Below, piece after piece: positions 35,023-44,829 of a DNA stretch of 64,000 nucleotides (position 1 is its first letter; each line of letters starts with the position of its first letter). The stretch is taken from the NCBI GenBank assembly GCA_937863565.1, contig CALMGJ010000029.1, positions 10,991 to 74,990 on the forward strand. Direction: 5' to 3'. Position numbers and translations under genes: made by a program. Origin of the DNA: an uncultured bacterium (GTDB lineage Bacteria; AUK180). Below the pieces are notes generated by a model, which had not been told where the DNA came from, did no database searches, and saw only the letters and a program-made list of their open reading frames with translations.

Positions 35023-37221
35023 TCATTCGATCTCGTACAGAGCTGCCGAACCGTACCTGTACACTTCCTTCAGGTGCTTCCTCCAGAAATCTAGAAAGAC
35101 GGTCATCTCATTCTGATCCCAGTAAAGGATCTTGAAGAACTTCTCGAGCCTCCTCAATTCAGCGTCATTGTACAGCAGATGAGTGTATCCTTCCTTTTTA
35201 AGAATGTCCCGCAAATAATCGGCACTCTTCGATAAACGCACCGCCTCGATGACCGGGTTCTTATCATAAACGGAGCATGTCGTGAAGCGCCTTCGAATAT
35301 AGAAACTCCTGCATTCTCCGAACATGAGGATCCTCGAGTTCTCCGGCAGATTGGCGTTTATGTATCCGGCCGTTCTGTAATACGGGGACGGATATGAAAG
35401 ACGAGGTTCGGAAAGATATTCATCCGCGTTCATACTTCCCAGGGAAACACGCCAGCCGTCATTGATGTAGAGGACAAAAATGCTCCAGAAGATGCCGGTG
35501 AAAAGCAGTAGCCCGATAGAAGCCTTTGAGATGAGCTTCACTATGCGTTCTCCCCGGAATTCAAGGAGTTGGTCCAGAGCGGATATGCATAAAAGAGGCA
35601 TCACGGGCATGAAAAATCTCAACATTTTTGTGGAGAGCATCCAGAAGATCCAGAAGAAGAGAACGAACAGGGCAACAGCTCTTTTCTCATGTGAACCCTT
35701 TCTGAAGAACATCACAGGAAATAAAGACAGGAGCAGAGGACCTACGAAGGATGACGCGTTGTTTCCCTTCATGGTAAGGGCCCACGGATGGACTATAATC
35801 TCTGAAACGCGTCCATAATACTCTCTGGTGATCTTTATGAAATGAAGAAGACCGGGATCCCGGAATACCAGACCTGAAATATACGGGAAAAGCGGGTCTC
35901 CCGTGGTCAGAACGTTCTTAACCGACCAGGGGAAAAAGTAAATGCATACTCCCGCTGCAAACAAAAGAATATTTCCTGCCCTTTTCCCTGTACTTCCCTT
36001 TCCGAAAAGGATGAGAAGCGCTGCGAAACCAGCGATCGAGAACATTGAAGTATATTTCATACCGAGAAGTATGCCGGCGAAAAGACCGGATAAAAGAACA
36101 GGAAAACCGTGATTCAGGGTAAGCATGACTGCATGTAGAGCGATCACGGTGAAGAAAGTCAGGGCTCCGTCATTTCCTGCGCAAGTGAAATTCATGAAGA
36201 CCATAGGGACCGAAAAGAAAGCCGCCGTAGAGATAAGGCCGGCCCTTTGGGAATAGAAGCGCTTCGCAAATGATAATATGGAGAAGGCCAGAAGAACCGC
36301 AAAAAGGAAGTGAATGTATTTGGCCGCAGCGGGGCCGTCAAGCTGCAGAGCGGGAAGATACAGCATGCCCGTGACGGACGGCAGATTCCCGTGCAGTGTA
36401 TACGGCACTGCTGAAATGCGCCCTTCGTTTATAAAGTAGTTCGGCGCGCCGAGGTGGTATACCATCGCGTCATAGAAGGTCTCCGGAGATGAAGCTCCGA
36501 TAATGTACGCTAAAGCAAGGAATCCAAGAATGGCGCCGATAATTATGCCGTAACCGTGACCTCTTTTCTCCGGCGGATCTCTTTCTTCCGCATACTGTTT
36601 GAGAAGTTCGCGAAAGAAGAACAAAGATAGAAAGGACAGCACCGTGAAAACGGCCGTATAGAAAAGCATGGATATAAATCCGAGCGCACCAGAGGCAAGA
36701 ACAAATATGGAAAGGGCTCCTACTCCCAGTGCAGTAGAGAATATGAACGCCTCTCCCCTATTCAAGCATTTCAATGTGTGAGCGGATTTCAGTATCAGAT
36801 ATCCCGGCGCAAAACAGGAGAACAGCATCCAGACCGCTATTGAGAATGATCTCAATGAAGTGAATGCGGCGGAAGATGCTTTCACGGATGAGAACATATC
36901 CCCAAGCCAGCTCAGACCCTCTGATAGAGGCATCCCGAAACGGGTCATGAAAGCCCGGAGCACAAAGGTAGACCAAATAATGAACAGAATGCCCGGAAGA
37001 TTTCTTACAATTATTTCACGGAAAGAATTCCCGGATAATGCGGAACCGCCTTCATTACATTCCCGCAGTGAGCTGCTCTCATTTTTTCCCGTACCGTTCA
37101 TTTGAATGATTTTAGCATTTTTCCCGCGACTTTTCAAACGGCAGAACGCTCGCGCTGAATTGTTCACCGGAAGAACCTGCGGGATATTTGAAAAAAAACG
37201 GAAAAATGTTAAAATGATCAT
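35023..37221 (-). CDS. Large polytopic membrane protein, GT-C-like (ArnT/PMT-family-like) glycosyltransferase candidate, with a C-terminal soluble domain
   Basis: It has more than 12 predicted TM helices followed by a ~150-aa hydrophilic C-terminus. The true start is probably internal (MNGTGK... at about 37101), because the tracked N-terminus looks non-coding. Confidence 0.4.
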   Translation of the reverse strand: MIILTFFRFFSNIPQVLPVNNSARAFCRLKSRGKNAKIIQMNGTGKNESSSLRECNEGGSALSGNSFREIIVRNLPGILFIIWSTFVLRAFMTRFGMPLSEGLSWLGDMFSSVKASSAAFTSLRSFSIAVWMLFSCFAPGYLILKSAHTLKCLNRGEAFIFSTALGVGALSIFVLASGALGFISMLFYTAVFTVLSFLSLFFFRELLKQYAEERDPPEKRGHGYGIIIGAILGFLALAYIIGASSPETFYDAMVYHLGAPNYFINEGRISAVPYTLHGNLPSVTGMLYLPALQLDGPAAAKYIHFLFAVLLAFSILSFAKRFYSQRAGLISTAAFFSVPMVFMNFTCAGNDGALTFFTVIALHAVMLTLNHGFPVLLSGLFAGILLGMKYTSMFSIAGFAALLILFGKGSTGKRAGNILLFAAGVCIYFFPWSVKNVLTTGDPLFPYISGLVFRDPGLLHFIKITREYYGRVSEIIVHPWALTMKGNNASSFVGPLLLSLFPVMFFRKGSHEKRAVALFVLFFWIFWMLSTKMLRFFMPVMPLLCISALDQLLEFRGERIVKLISKASIGLLLFTGIFWSIFVLYINDGWRVSLGSMNADEYLSEPRLSYPSPYYRTAGYINANLPENSRILMFGECRSFYIRRRFTTCSVYDKNPVIEAVRLSKSADYLRDILKKEGYTHLLYNDAELRRLEKFFKILYWDQNEMTVFLDFWRKHLKEVYRYGSAALYEIE

Positions 37222-37614
37222 ATGGATAAGAAAATAATTGAAGAATTGCTTGCGGCTGCACGGGATACGGCGGACAAGAGCTATTCGCCGTATTCAAAAT
37301 TCCCGGTAGGGGCCGCACTGCTCGGGAAAAGCGGGAAGATCTATACAGGCACAAATATCGAGAACGCCTCATACGGTCTAACTAATTGCGCCGAGAGGAC
37401 CGCTGTTTTTTCAGCCGTTACAGCCGGGGAAAGGGAATTCGACGCCATCCTCATTTACACACCTACTGAAAAGTTCACTACTCCGTGCGGTGCATGCCGT
37501 CAGGTACTGGCAGAATTCTCACCCGAAATGACCGTTATTCTCGCAAAAGAGGACGGCGGAACGATGATCACTAAGCTATCCGATATTTTCCCTTGGAATT
37601 TCAATCTGAAATAA
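37222..37614 (+). CDS. cdd: Cytidine deaminase
   Basis: The zinc-binding motifs CAERTA and PCGACRQ are present, and the size is 130 aa. Confidence 0.9.
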   Translation: MDKKIIEELLAAARDTADKSYSPYSKFPVGAALLGKSGKIYTGTNIENASYGLTNCAERTAVFSAVTAGEREFDAILIYTPTEKFTTPCGACRQVLAEFSPEMTVILAKEDGGTMITKLSDIFPWNFNLK

Positions 37615-38684
37615 AAGGGTTGTACATACATTTTCCTTTCTGCAGAACGCGATGCCCGTACTGCGATTTTTTCTCTGTCCCTCTCAATAAAGCATATCCG
37701 ATAAAAGAACTCCTCAAAAACGAACTCGCTCTGTATCGCGAAACCGGAGAGCTGACCGGCGTTCAGAATATCTATTTTGGAGGCGGAACGCCGTCACTTG
37801 CGGATCTGAGCTTTTTTGCCGATATCATCGGAGGGTTCGCTTCACCCGAAGAGATCACCGTTGAAGTGAACCCTGAAGATGCGGACCGAGATTTATTGAA
37901 CGGCCTCAAAGCCTCCGGCGTCAACAGGATATCCCTGGGCGTACAAACGCTGAATGATGATGCTCTCACCAGGATGGGCAGGCATTATAGCGGTAAGAGA
38001 GCATTGAGAACACTTGAACAGGCCGGCCTCATCTTCGGGAATGTATCCGCCGACAGGCTGATAGGTTTCCCCGGCGATTCGGAGACTTTATTGGAAACGG
38101 ATTATCAAGCTTTCCTCAACGCCGGGCCGGTGCATATTTCTGCTTATCAGCTGACATTGAACGGAACGCAAAAAAAATACTTCGACTTCGACCCAGACAA
38201 TGAACACACGGCGGAACTCTATTTTCTAACATGTGAGATCCTTGAAAAGAACGGCTTCAGGCATTATGAAATATCGAATTTCGCAAAACACGGGTATGAA
38301 GCGAAGTATAATTCCGCACTTTGGAGGGGCGAGGATTATATCGGCATCGGCCCGGGAGCTTGGGGTACTGTAAGATCCCGGAGATATTCCAACCACTGCT
38401 CGCTTATAAGATACGAGAAAAGCATCACTGCAGGAAGATTGCCGATATCGTCAGAGGAAATACTCGCGCCGGAAACGATCATGTTCGAGAAATTCATGCT
38501 CGGGCTGCGGACTGATGACGGGATCGACGCCGGGATATTCACTCCGCTTCTTAACTTGAATGCTGCGCAAGCGGCCGTATCAGAGGGATTGGCCTTTGTC
38601 TCAGACGGCAGAGTCCGTCTGACATGTAAAGGAATGTCCGTTTATAATGAAATGGTCTGTTATTTAAGCGGTCCAAGCGAGTAG
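37593..38684 (+). CDS. hemW: Radical SAM heme chaperone HemW (oxygen-independent coproporphyrinogen-III oxidase-like)
   Basis: LYIHFPFCRTRCPYCDF contains the CxxxCxxC radical SAM motif. The HemN-like C-terminal domain is present. Confidence 0.85.
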   Translation: MEFQSEIKGLYIHFPFCRTRCPYCDFFSVPLNKAYPIKELLKNELALYRETGELTGVQNIYFGGGTPSLADLSFFADIIGGFASPEEITVEVNPEDADRDLLNGLKASGVNRISLGVQTLNDDALTRMGRHYSGKRALRTLEQAGLIFGNVSADRLIGFPGDSETLLETDYQAFLNAGPVHISAYQLTLNGTQKKYFDFDPDNEHTAELYFLTCEILEKNGFRHYEISNFAKHGYEAKYNSALWRGEDYIGIGPGAWGTVRSRRYSNHCSLIRYEKSITAGRLPISSEEILAPETIMFEKFMLGLRTDDGIDAGIFTPLLNLNAAQAAVSEGLAFVSDGRVRLTCKGMSVYNEMVCYLSGPSE

Positions 38685-39784
38685 CGGCTGAGGTACTTCG
38701 CCAGTTCCTCGAGGTCTTCTTTGGACACCTTAGTGAAATCAACGCCTATCTCAAAGACCTTTTCGCTGAGTTTTTCGATCCTTACTACCCTGCCTTCGCC
38801 ATTTATCATGTAATCGGAATGCGGGATCCTGAAAGTGAACTTCATATTGGTCTCGACAGCGATAGGCATTTCATTCATGAACAGAAGTCCGTTCTCGGAG
38901 ATATTGCGGCCCTCGGAAAACAGGTAATCCGTTTCGTTAGGCAGCAGATAGAGGAATTCGAATGCTGCGGGAAGGCGGAAATACCGCCTTCTGTCCTTGA
39001 GAAATGTCGAGATCTGACCCTTACCGCTGTTCTTCGCGTCGTAAAGTGCGAAATCGGCATGTTCCAGTATCTCTTTTTCTGTAAAACTGTCTATCTTGAA
39101 AGATGATATTCCGGTCGAGAATGTAAGTTTCAATCTCTTTTTAATCCCGGGAGCGAGGCGTTCTATCAGAAGGATGCTGCCATTCAGATCGGTCTGGGGA
39201 AGCAGAACAGCAAATTCGTCCCCTCCGAAACGGAACAGGAAATCGCTCTCCCTGATGCCTTTTTTCAGTTCTTCGGCAAAAGCACATAAGGTTTTATCTC
39301 CCGCAAGATGGCCCTTTTTGTCATTGATCTCCTTGAAATTATCCAGATCAATCATAATGAGCGAAAGGTAGCTTTTATATCTCTGCGCACGCTCGGTTTC
39401 GATCCTGAGGATATTGTGAAAGAAACTCCTGTTGAAGACGCCGGTCAGAAAGTCATATATGGCGTTCTTGCGCAGATTATCGTAAGCGATGTATTCCATT
39501 ACAAAAGGATGCAGCACTGTTTTTCTTACTTCCATGAAATAGTAAAGGACTATCAGGGAAATATTCATCTTCAGGCTGTTGAATAATCCGTCCTTCATGG
39601 CAATGATCTGTTTCCAAGCGCTTCGCGCCTCTTCCGGAGTAAGATCGATATTAATGAAAAGATTCAGTGCTTCGGGATAGAATTTCTTATCGCTGACCGC
39701 CGTCAACGATTTGAGGAACAGCTCGCTTATGGATTTATCACATTTCAAAGCTTCGATCACTTTTTCCCTGAATTCCATATTCAC
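38660..39784 (-). CDS. Diguanylate cyclase (GGDEF with I-site) fused to a C-terminal PilZ domain
   Basis: The GGDEF region reads RESDFLFRFGGDEF, with the RxxD I-site 5 residues before GGDEF. The PilZ motifs are RRRYFR, about 28 aa, then NISENG. The N-terminal ~120 aa are an unknown domain. Confidence 0.8.
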   Translation of the reverse strand: MNMEFREKVIEALKCDKSISELFLKSLTAVSDKKFYPEALNLFINIDLTPEEARSAWKQIIAMKDGLFNSLKMNISLIVLYYFMEVRKTVLHPFVMEYIAYDNLRKNAIYDFLTGVFNRSFFHNILRIETERAQRYKSYLSLIMIDLDNFKEINDKKGHLAGDKTLCAFAEELKKGIRESDFLFRFGGDEFAVLLPQTDLNGSILLIERLAPGIKKRLKLTFSTGISSFKIDSFTEKEILEHADFALYDAKNSGKGQISTFLKDRRRYFRLPAAFEFLYLLPNETDYLFSEGRNISENGLLFMNEMPIAVETNMKFTFRIPHSDYMINGEGRVVRIEKLSEKVFEIGVDFTKVSKEDLEELAKYLSRYSLGPLK

Positions 39785-40647
39785 CTCTTAAAAGCCGCAG
39801 TATATCTGACAGCATAACTCTTTAAAAGCGGGATGTTTTTTAAAAGACCGTCCATGAACAGAAGAGCGCTCAAGCGCTCCGGGACGAACCCCGAATAATA
39901 CACTCCGCAGCGGTTCAATCCGAAGGGAGCGGTCAATTTCCCGAGATCCGATGCCGTAAGCATCCTTTCATTCGCCTGGACCACTTCCCTTTTCTCTACG
40001 GGGTCCATATATTTACGGGGATTAAGGTAGATCCCGTTCTCTTTGTAGTCATCCGGGTTCAGATCCTTTTCCCTATATCGTTGCAGACGTTCGGCATATA
40101 CCATTTTCCTCAAAAGAGGATTGAGAACGTTCGATTCCGAGATAAAGAGCCGGCCCGAGCTTTTCAGAAAGGACGGAAGAAGCCGGAAAAGACTCTCCAG
40201 AGGATGGATATGGGATATGGCCTCCTTGATCCATATGATGTCGAAATAATCCCTGCAACGGTCCTTGGAATTCTCCAGAAAGGAGAACACATCCCTTAAT
40301 TCGATATCTATTCGCGCCTTAACACCGAGTTCGGAGGCAAGTTTTCCGAAGATCTCCATTCTTTCCGGAGAGATATCCACGGCTACAACTTTTTCCGCAT
40401 AGGATGCAAAAAGACAAGCATCCAGACCGAGGCCGCAGCCGAGTTCGAGAACATTGACCGGGCGGGGCATCTTTTGCATTGCCCTGACCACGGGAGAGAT
40501 CCTCTCCGTATAAGAATGAGCGGCGAACCCGGGGTCTTTTTTCGTGAAGTGCCTTCTGAAATCGGGATCAGGGATCTTCGTCCGCGATATTTCATCCAAA
40601 CGCATCCAGTAATCTTTTATCTCTCTTCCGCTCATGTTCCCGCGCAC
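39781..40647 (-). CDS. Class I SAM-dependent methyltransferase
   Basis: VLELGCGLGLD is methyltransferase motif I. Its stop overlaps the GGDEF-PilZ start (ATGA). Confidence 0.75.
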   Translation of the reverse strand: MRGNMSGREIKDYWMRLDEISRTKIPDPDFRRHFTKKDPGFAAHSYTERISPVVRAMQKMPRPVNVLELGCGLGLDACLFASYAEKVVAVDISPERMEIFGKLASELGVKARIDIELRDVFSFLENSKDRCRDYFDIIWIKEAISHIHPLESLFRLLPSFLKSSGRLFISESNVLNPLLRKMVYAERLQRYREKDLNPDDYKENGIYLNPRKYMDPVEKREVVQANERMLTASDLGKLTAPFGLNRCGVYYSGFVPERLSALLFMDGLLKNIPLLKSYAVRYTAAFKR

Positions 40648-40837
40648 GGTTCTCCTGCTCCCGGAACAGAATCGCCATTGCCTGAACGCGCTCTGTCAAT
40701 AAAAATATTGCTTTTTTTCGTTCTCATCCTAATGACACTAATGGCATTTTAACAAAATAGCCCTTTTTTTTCAAACACAGTTGCTTTATTTTTTTCCTGG
40801 GGATTTTCCTGCGGCCGGTGCACGTACAGGAGACCTT

Positions 40838-41269
40838 TTAAACGGGTTCACCGTTGAGGTGGATCTCATACTCCACCTTCGCTGTTTTAGAAAGTACGGC
40901 GTTCACCGAGCAATATTTATCCATAGAGAGCTCCACCGCTCGTCTGGCCGACTGGGGTTTGATCTCTCCGGAAATCCGGAAGACGATCTTGATCCTCGTG
41001 TATACGCGGGGATGCTCTTCAGCTCTTTCCGTTTCGAGTACCTCCGCCTCGAAATGTTCCAGCTTTTCCCTTTTTTTCTCTATTATGGAGATTATATCGA
41101 TGCCGGAACACCCCATCACGGCAAAGAGCAGCAGTTCCATCGGTGTAGGGGCTACCCCGTTTTTTGTATCCATGACTACCGCCTGTTTTCTGTCATTCTC
41201 GGCAATGAACGAATAGCCTTTTCCGGTCCATTGGACTTTTGATATCATTCTCAACTCCTTTTTTCCCAT
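40838..41269 (-). CDS. OsmC/Ohr family protein
   Basis: MGCSG...DKYCSV shows the paired OsmC cysteines, and the size is 143 aa. Confidence 0.8.
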   Translation of the reverse strand: MGKKELRMISKVQWTGKGYSFIAENDRKQAVVMDTKNGVAPTPMELLLFAVMGCSGIDIISIIEKKREKLEHFEAEVLETERAEEHPRVYTRIKIVFRISGEIKPQSARRAVELSMDKYCSVNAVLSKTAKVEYEIHLNGEPV

Positions 41270-42438
41270 TGAGATACCAGATCCCTCCCGTACCTTGAAA
41301 AAGGTTCCAGAACGGAGACTGATTCACTATCATCTGAAGCTTTTCCCATATCTATGGGTATATCCTTCAGTTTTTCCGCGAATTCCGCGTAATATTCGTG
41401 TTCGCTGAAATACTTCCCGATCTTTTTATCCTCTCCCCTTATCCGGTCGAGCGATAGACCGCTTTTAAGGAGATGCAGAACGCGGCTCAATATATGCGGC
41501 GACATCTTTTTAAACATATCGGCCCTTTTCAGAACATCAGCCTCCGAAAGCCGTTCCGCTCTTCCTTGAATAACTTTTCCCGATATCCGGTCAGAGGGCA
41601 TTTCATATGAAGAGACCTTCTCGGAGATCTCGCACGTATTGAGATAATACTCATCCGGGAATCCCAGAGAGAACATCTCTTCGGACGTTTTCAGATAGAA
41701 GCCGCTGTTGGGGAACCTGAATCCGGAGAAACTCCCGAAACGCGTGGATATAAGAAGTTCATGAACCAGTGCGTCCTCTTTATCCAGGTAATGAGCGTCT
41801 TGGGCGGCAATGACCTTTTTATTGTATTTTTTACCAAGCTCAACAAGAAGAGAAAAGGCCCTATCCTCTTCAGGCACATTGTGCCTGGCAACCTCCAGAT
41901 AGAAATCGTCACCGAACATTTGTTGGTATATATCGAAATATTTACCTGCTGTGTTGTCTTTACCAATATACAACATATACGGAATTATTCCGTAATAACA
42001 AGCACTTGTGATAATTATATTATCTTTATACTTATCCAATAGTTTGATATCCAATAATCCGCGGCCTAGATTCGCTCGTTTCGAAAAGTAGTAATTGAAT
42101 TCATGCGAATCATTATGCATGCGCACCAGGTTCTTAAGACCATCGCTGTTTTTTGCAATGACGATCAGATGATACCGCGTATTATCTCCACGGGCTATGC
42201 TCTCCGCCGCATCTTCGACAAAGTAGAACTCGCTGCCGAATATCGCCTTTACTCCCGTGACCGCTGCCGCCTTGATCGCGGCAGGTATTGAATACAATGA
42301 ATCATGATCGGTGAGGCATACGGCTTTTTGTCCGGTATTCGAGACCTTTTTAAAAAGAGGGTCCGGTTTAATGATGCCGTCCGAAAAAGAACCTTCCGTA
42401 TGAGTATGGATATGAACAAAATCCGCTTTCCCGGGCAT
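41251..42438 (-). CDS. PHP-domain phosphoesterase (Pol III alpha-type PHP) with a ~150-aa C-terminal extension
   Basis: FVHIHTHTEGSFSDGI is the PHP HxH...D motif. Further conserved His/Asp follow (DHDSL..., ...AQDAHY). Confidence 0.65.
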   Translation of the reverse strand: MPGKADFVHIHTHTEGSFSDGIIKPDPLFKKVSNTGQKAVCLTDHDSLYSIPAAIKAAAVTGVKAIFGSEFYFVEDAAESIARGDNTRYHLIVIAKNSDGLKNLVRMHNDSHEFNYYFSKRANLGRGLLDIKLLDKYKDNIIITSACYYGIIPYMLYIGKDNTAGKYFDIYQQMFGDDFYLEVARHNVPEEDRAFSLLVELGKKYNKKVIAAQDAHYLDKEDALVHELLISTRFGSFSGFRFPNSGFYLKTSEEMFSLGFPDEYYLNTCEISEKVSSYEMPSDRISGKVIQGRAERLSEADVLKRADMFKKMSPHILSRVLHLLKSGLSLDRIRGEDKKIGKYFSEHEYYAEFAEKLKDIPIDMGKASDDSESVSVLEPFSRYGRDLVSQWEKRS

Positions 42439-42764
42439 TACAGCGAAATAAACACCGCTTCCGGCGGCAATTCCTTCAAGATCCCGTACACCTCGTCCGC
42501 GGCAAGTGCGGCTTTTTTCTTCTTGAACTGGATGATGATGACATACTTATTGGCTGAGATCTCCTTTATTTCCAGTTGAACTGGATTGATCAACGGATAT
42601 GAGATCTCATTTATCTCGATGATGCCTGTGAACAGTTTCTTCTGCCCGGGATAAGGCAGTACCGTTTCCGGATACCTGAAAACATTGAACACGGAAGCAG
42701 GTTCAAGCGCGAATTTCGTGTTCTCTATCGAGAACACCATATAGTTTTTATCATCCGACGCCAT
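42438..42764 (-). CDS. Short CheW-like domain protein
   Basis: The pattern F.I....FALE...V..V......LPYPGQ...F.GIIEI...SYPLINP ... VIIIQFKKKKAALAADEVYGI follows the CheW consensus (compare VIVV..GGR.VGLLVDEV.EV). It overlaps the pilT stop by 14 nt. Confidence 0.55.
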   Translation of the reverse strand: MASDDKNYMVFSIENTKFALEPASVFNVFRYPETVLPYPGQKKLFTGIIEINEISYPLINPVQLEIKEISANKYVIIIQFKKKKAALAADEVYGILKELPPEAVFISL

Positions 42765-44001
42765 AGTGCTTGAACAGTTCCCTCAGTTCGTCTTTGTTCA
42801 TAGTATTCGCTAATGCCTCACTTTTTGTGATCTTTCCTGCCTTTACCGACACGGCAAGACACTCGTTCATGGTTTGCATCTTGAACTGTTTACCCGTCTG
42901 CATCGAGGAATATATCTGGTGCAGCTTATCCTCTCTTATCATTGCCCTTACCGCTGCATTCGGCACAAGAACTTCGGCTACGAGCACGCGTCCGGTCCCG
43001 GAAGCTTTGGGCAGCAGCATCTGGGTCATAACACCCTGGAGAACGAAGGAGAGCTGTGTTCTGATCTGGGACTGCTGATGGGCGGGGAAAACGTCGATCA
43101 TTCTGTTTATTGATTCGATCGCGCTGTTCGTGTGCAGGGTTGCAAAAACAAGGTGGCCGGTTTCAGCGATTGTGATAGCCGCGCCTATCGTCTCGAGGTC
43201 TCTCATTTCACCGATCATTATAACGTCAGGGTCTTCTCTGAGCACATATTTCAGGGCTGTAGGAAAACTGTCCGTATCCTCGCCTATCTGCCTTTGATTA
43301 ATGATGGATAACCTATGATTGTGGATGTATTCGATCGGGTCTTCTATGGTGATGATATGGTGCGGTTTGTGTTTGTTTATGTAATCGATCATGGATGCAA
43401 GGGTCGTTGACTTGCCGGAACCCGTAGGGCCTGTGACGAGAACGAGACCTTTCGGGAGCTCGACGAAATCATCCACGGCAGGAGGAAGGGCAAGTTTCTT
43501 GAAATCCAGGATATCGTACGGGATCGTTCTCATCGCGCACGCGATAGCCCCGCGCTGTTTGAACATATTTGCCCTGAACCTCGAAAGCCCCTTTATACCG
43601 AAAGAGAAATCCAACTCGTTATTCTGCTCGAAATCTTTCTTTTGCTTGTCCTTAAGAACGGAATAGGTCAGCTGCTGCACCTTATCCGCAGTGAGGGGCA
43701 AATACTGGTACATCCTGAACACTTTACCGTCCAGCCTGGCGCACGGCTGAGAGCCGACCGTCAAATGAAGGTCCGAAGAGCCGCTGTGGAACATCTCAGA
43801 CAGAAGTTTTTTCAAACTCATATTGTTCGTATTCCTCTGAAGGTCCTCCGGAGAAAGCGATACTTTATTCTGGTCTCTGATAAAATAGATCTTCCTTTCC
43901 CCTACTGTTTCATAAGCTATGATCTCACCGCCGCCGGCCTGCTGGCCGCCTTCTTCCTTGACCGGTGCTTCTTCTTTTTGGAACTCATCGAAAATTCCCA
44001 T
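42751..44001 (-). CDS. pilT: Type IV pilus retraction ATPase PilT (with a ~70-aa N-terminal extension)
   Basis: The Walker A is LVLVTGPTGSGKSTT. PilT-type motifs are present (IEDPIEY..., VIMIGEMRDLETI, ATGHLVFATLHTNSA). Confidence 0.85.
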   Translation of the reverse strand: MGIFDEFQKEEAPVKEEGGQQAGGGEIIAYETVGERKIYFIRDQNKVSLSPEDLQRNTNNMSLKKLLSEMFHSGSSDLHLTVGSQPCARLDGKVFRMYQYLPLTADKVQQLTYSVLKDKQKKDFEQNNELDFSFGIKGLSRFRANMFKQRGAIACAMRTIPYDILDFKKLALPPAVDDFVELPKGLVLVTGPTGSGKSTTLASMIDYINKHKPHHIITIEDPIEYIHNHRLSIINQRQIGEDTDSFPTALKYVLREDPDVIMIGEMRDLETIGAAITIAETGHLVFATLHTNSAIESINRMIDVFPAHQQSQIRTQLSFVLQGVMTQMLLPKASGTGRVLVAEVLVPNAAVRAMIREDKLHQIYSSMQTGKQFKMQTMNECLAVSVKAGKITKSEALANTMNKDELRELFKHYGVG

Positions 44002-44004
44002 GTG

Positions 44005-44829
44005 TCACTCCTTTTTAAGTTTATATATCTTGTCCCTGTTGGAGACTATCTCGAACTTGGTCTTACCGTCCGTAAAGATCGTCTCCACTCTTCCCAGAAC
44101 AAGGAACCCGTCCGGTTTTATAAAGCGGGCGAGCATGTCGAGCATTTTGTTCTGAAGGGCTCTGTCAAAATAGATGAAGACATTCCTGCACAGGATGATG
44201 TCGAACTTGAAATCCCAGTTCGCATCGTGAAGGTTCTCAACTTTGAAGCGCGTAACTCTTTGCATCTTGTCCATTATCCTGTAGATATTCTTGCCTTTCT
44301 CCGTGTAGAGTTCGAAGATCTGTCTGAAGAACGCGGGGGTATTGAAAAGTGATTTTGGAGTATATGCCCCCTCCTGGGCGGTCTGTATCGATCTTCTGTC
44401 TATATCCGTCCCGTAAACGGTAAAATTATACCTGCACTTGTTGGCTTCCTTATAGTAATCGAGCATCATTGAGACGGAATACGCCTCTTCTCCGCTGGCG
44501 CACGCCGCCGACCATACTTTGATGTCCGGCACATGCCGGATAGCGGGGATAATCTTATTAAAGATATAGTCGAACGTATTCTCGTCCCTGAAGAATTTCG
44601 TCACATTTATCGTGACCGTATCGAACAAGTCCCGCCTTTCATTTTCGTTCTTTTTTAAAAAATCGATATAGTTCCTGATATCAGCGCTCCGCGAGAGCAG
44701 CATTCTTCTTTTTATCCTTCTTTCAAGGCAGGATAATTTATAATCGGAGAAATCAGCCCTGAAATGCTCTCTCAGGATAGAGAATATCTCTTCGATCTCG
44801 GATTTCGAGATGTCTTCAATCATGATCAT
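44005..44829 (-). CDS. cheR: Chemotaxis protein methyltransferase CheR
   Basis: TKFFRD and VWSAACASGEEAYS are present, together with the SAM-binding C-terminal domain. Confidence 0.9.
   Translation of the reverse strand: MIMIEDISKSEIEEIFSILREHFRADFSDYKLSCLERRIKRRMLLSRSADIRNYIDFLKKNENERRDLFDTVTINVTKFFRDENTFDYIFNKIIPAIRHVPDIKVWSAACASGEEAYSVSMMLDYYKEANKCRYNFTVYGTDIDRRSIQTAQEGAYTPKSLFNTPAFFRQIFELYTEKGKNIYRIMDKMQRVTRFKVENLHDANWDFKFDIILCRNVFIYFDRALQNKMLDMLARFIKPDGFLVLGRVETIFTDGKTKFEIVSNRDKIYKLKKE

Noticed and set aside
41251-42438. The PHP-domain protein as a CpsB/YwqE-type tyrosine phosphatase acting on the Wzc-like BY-kinase
   Set aside because: The motif FVHIHTHTEGSFSDG resembles the Pol III alpha / PolX-type PHP rather than the HCHILPGIDDG of CpsB. 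The gene is 35 kb from wzc and embedded in the che/pilT operon. No positive evidence supports the idea.
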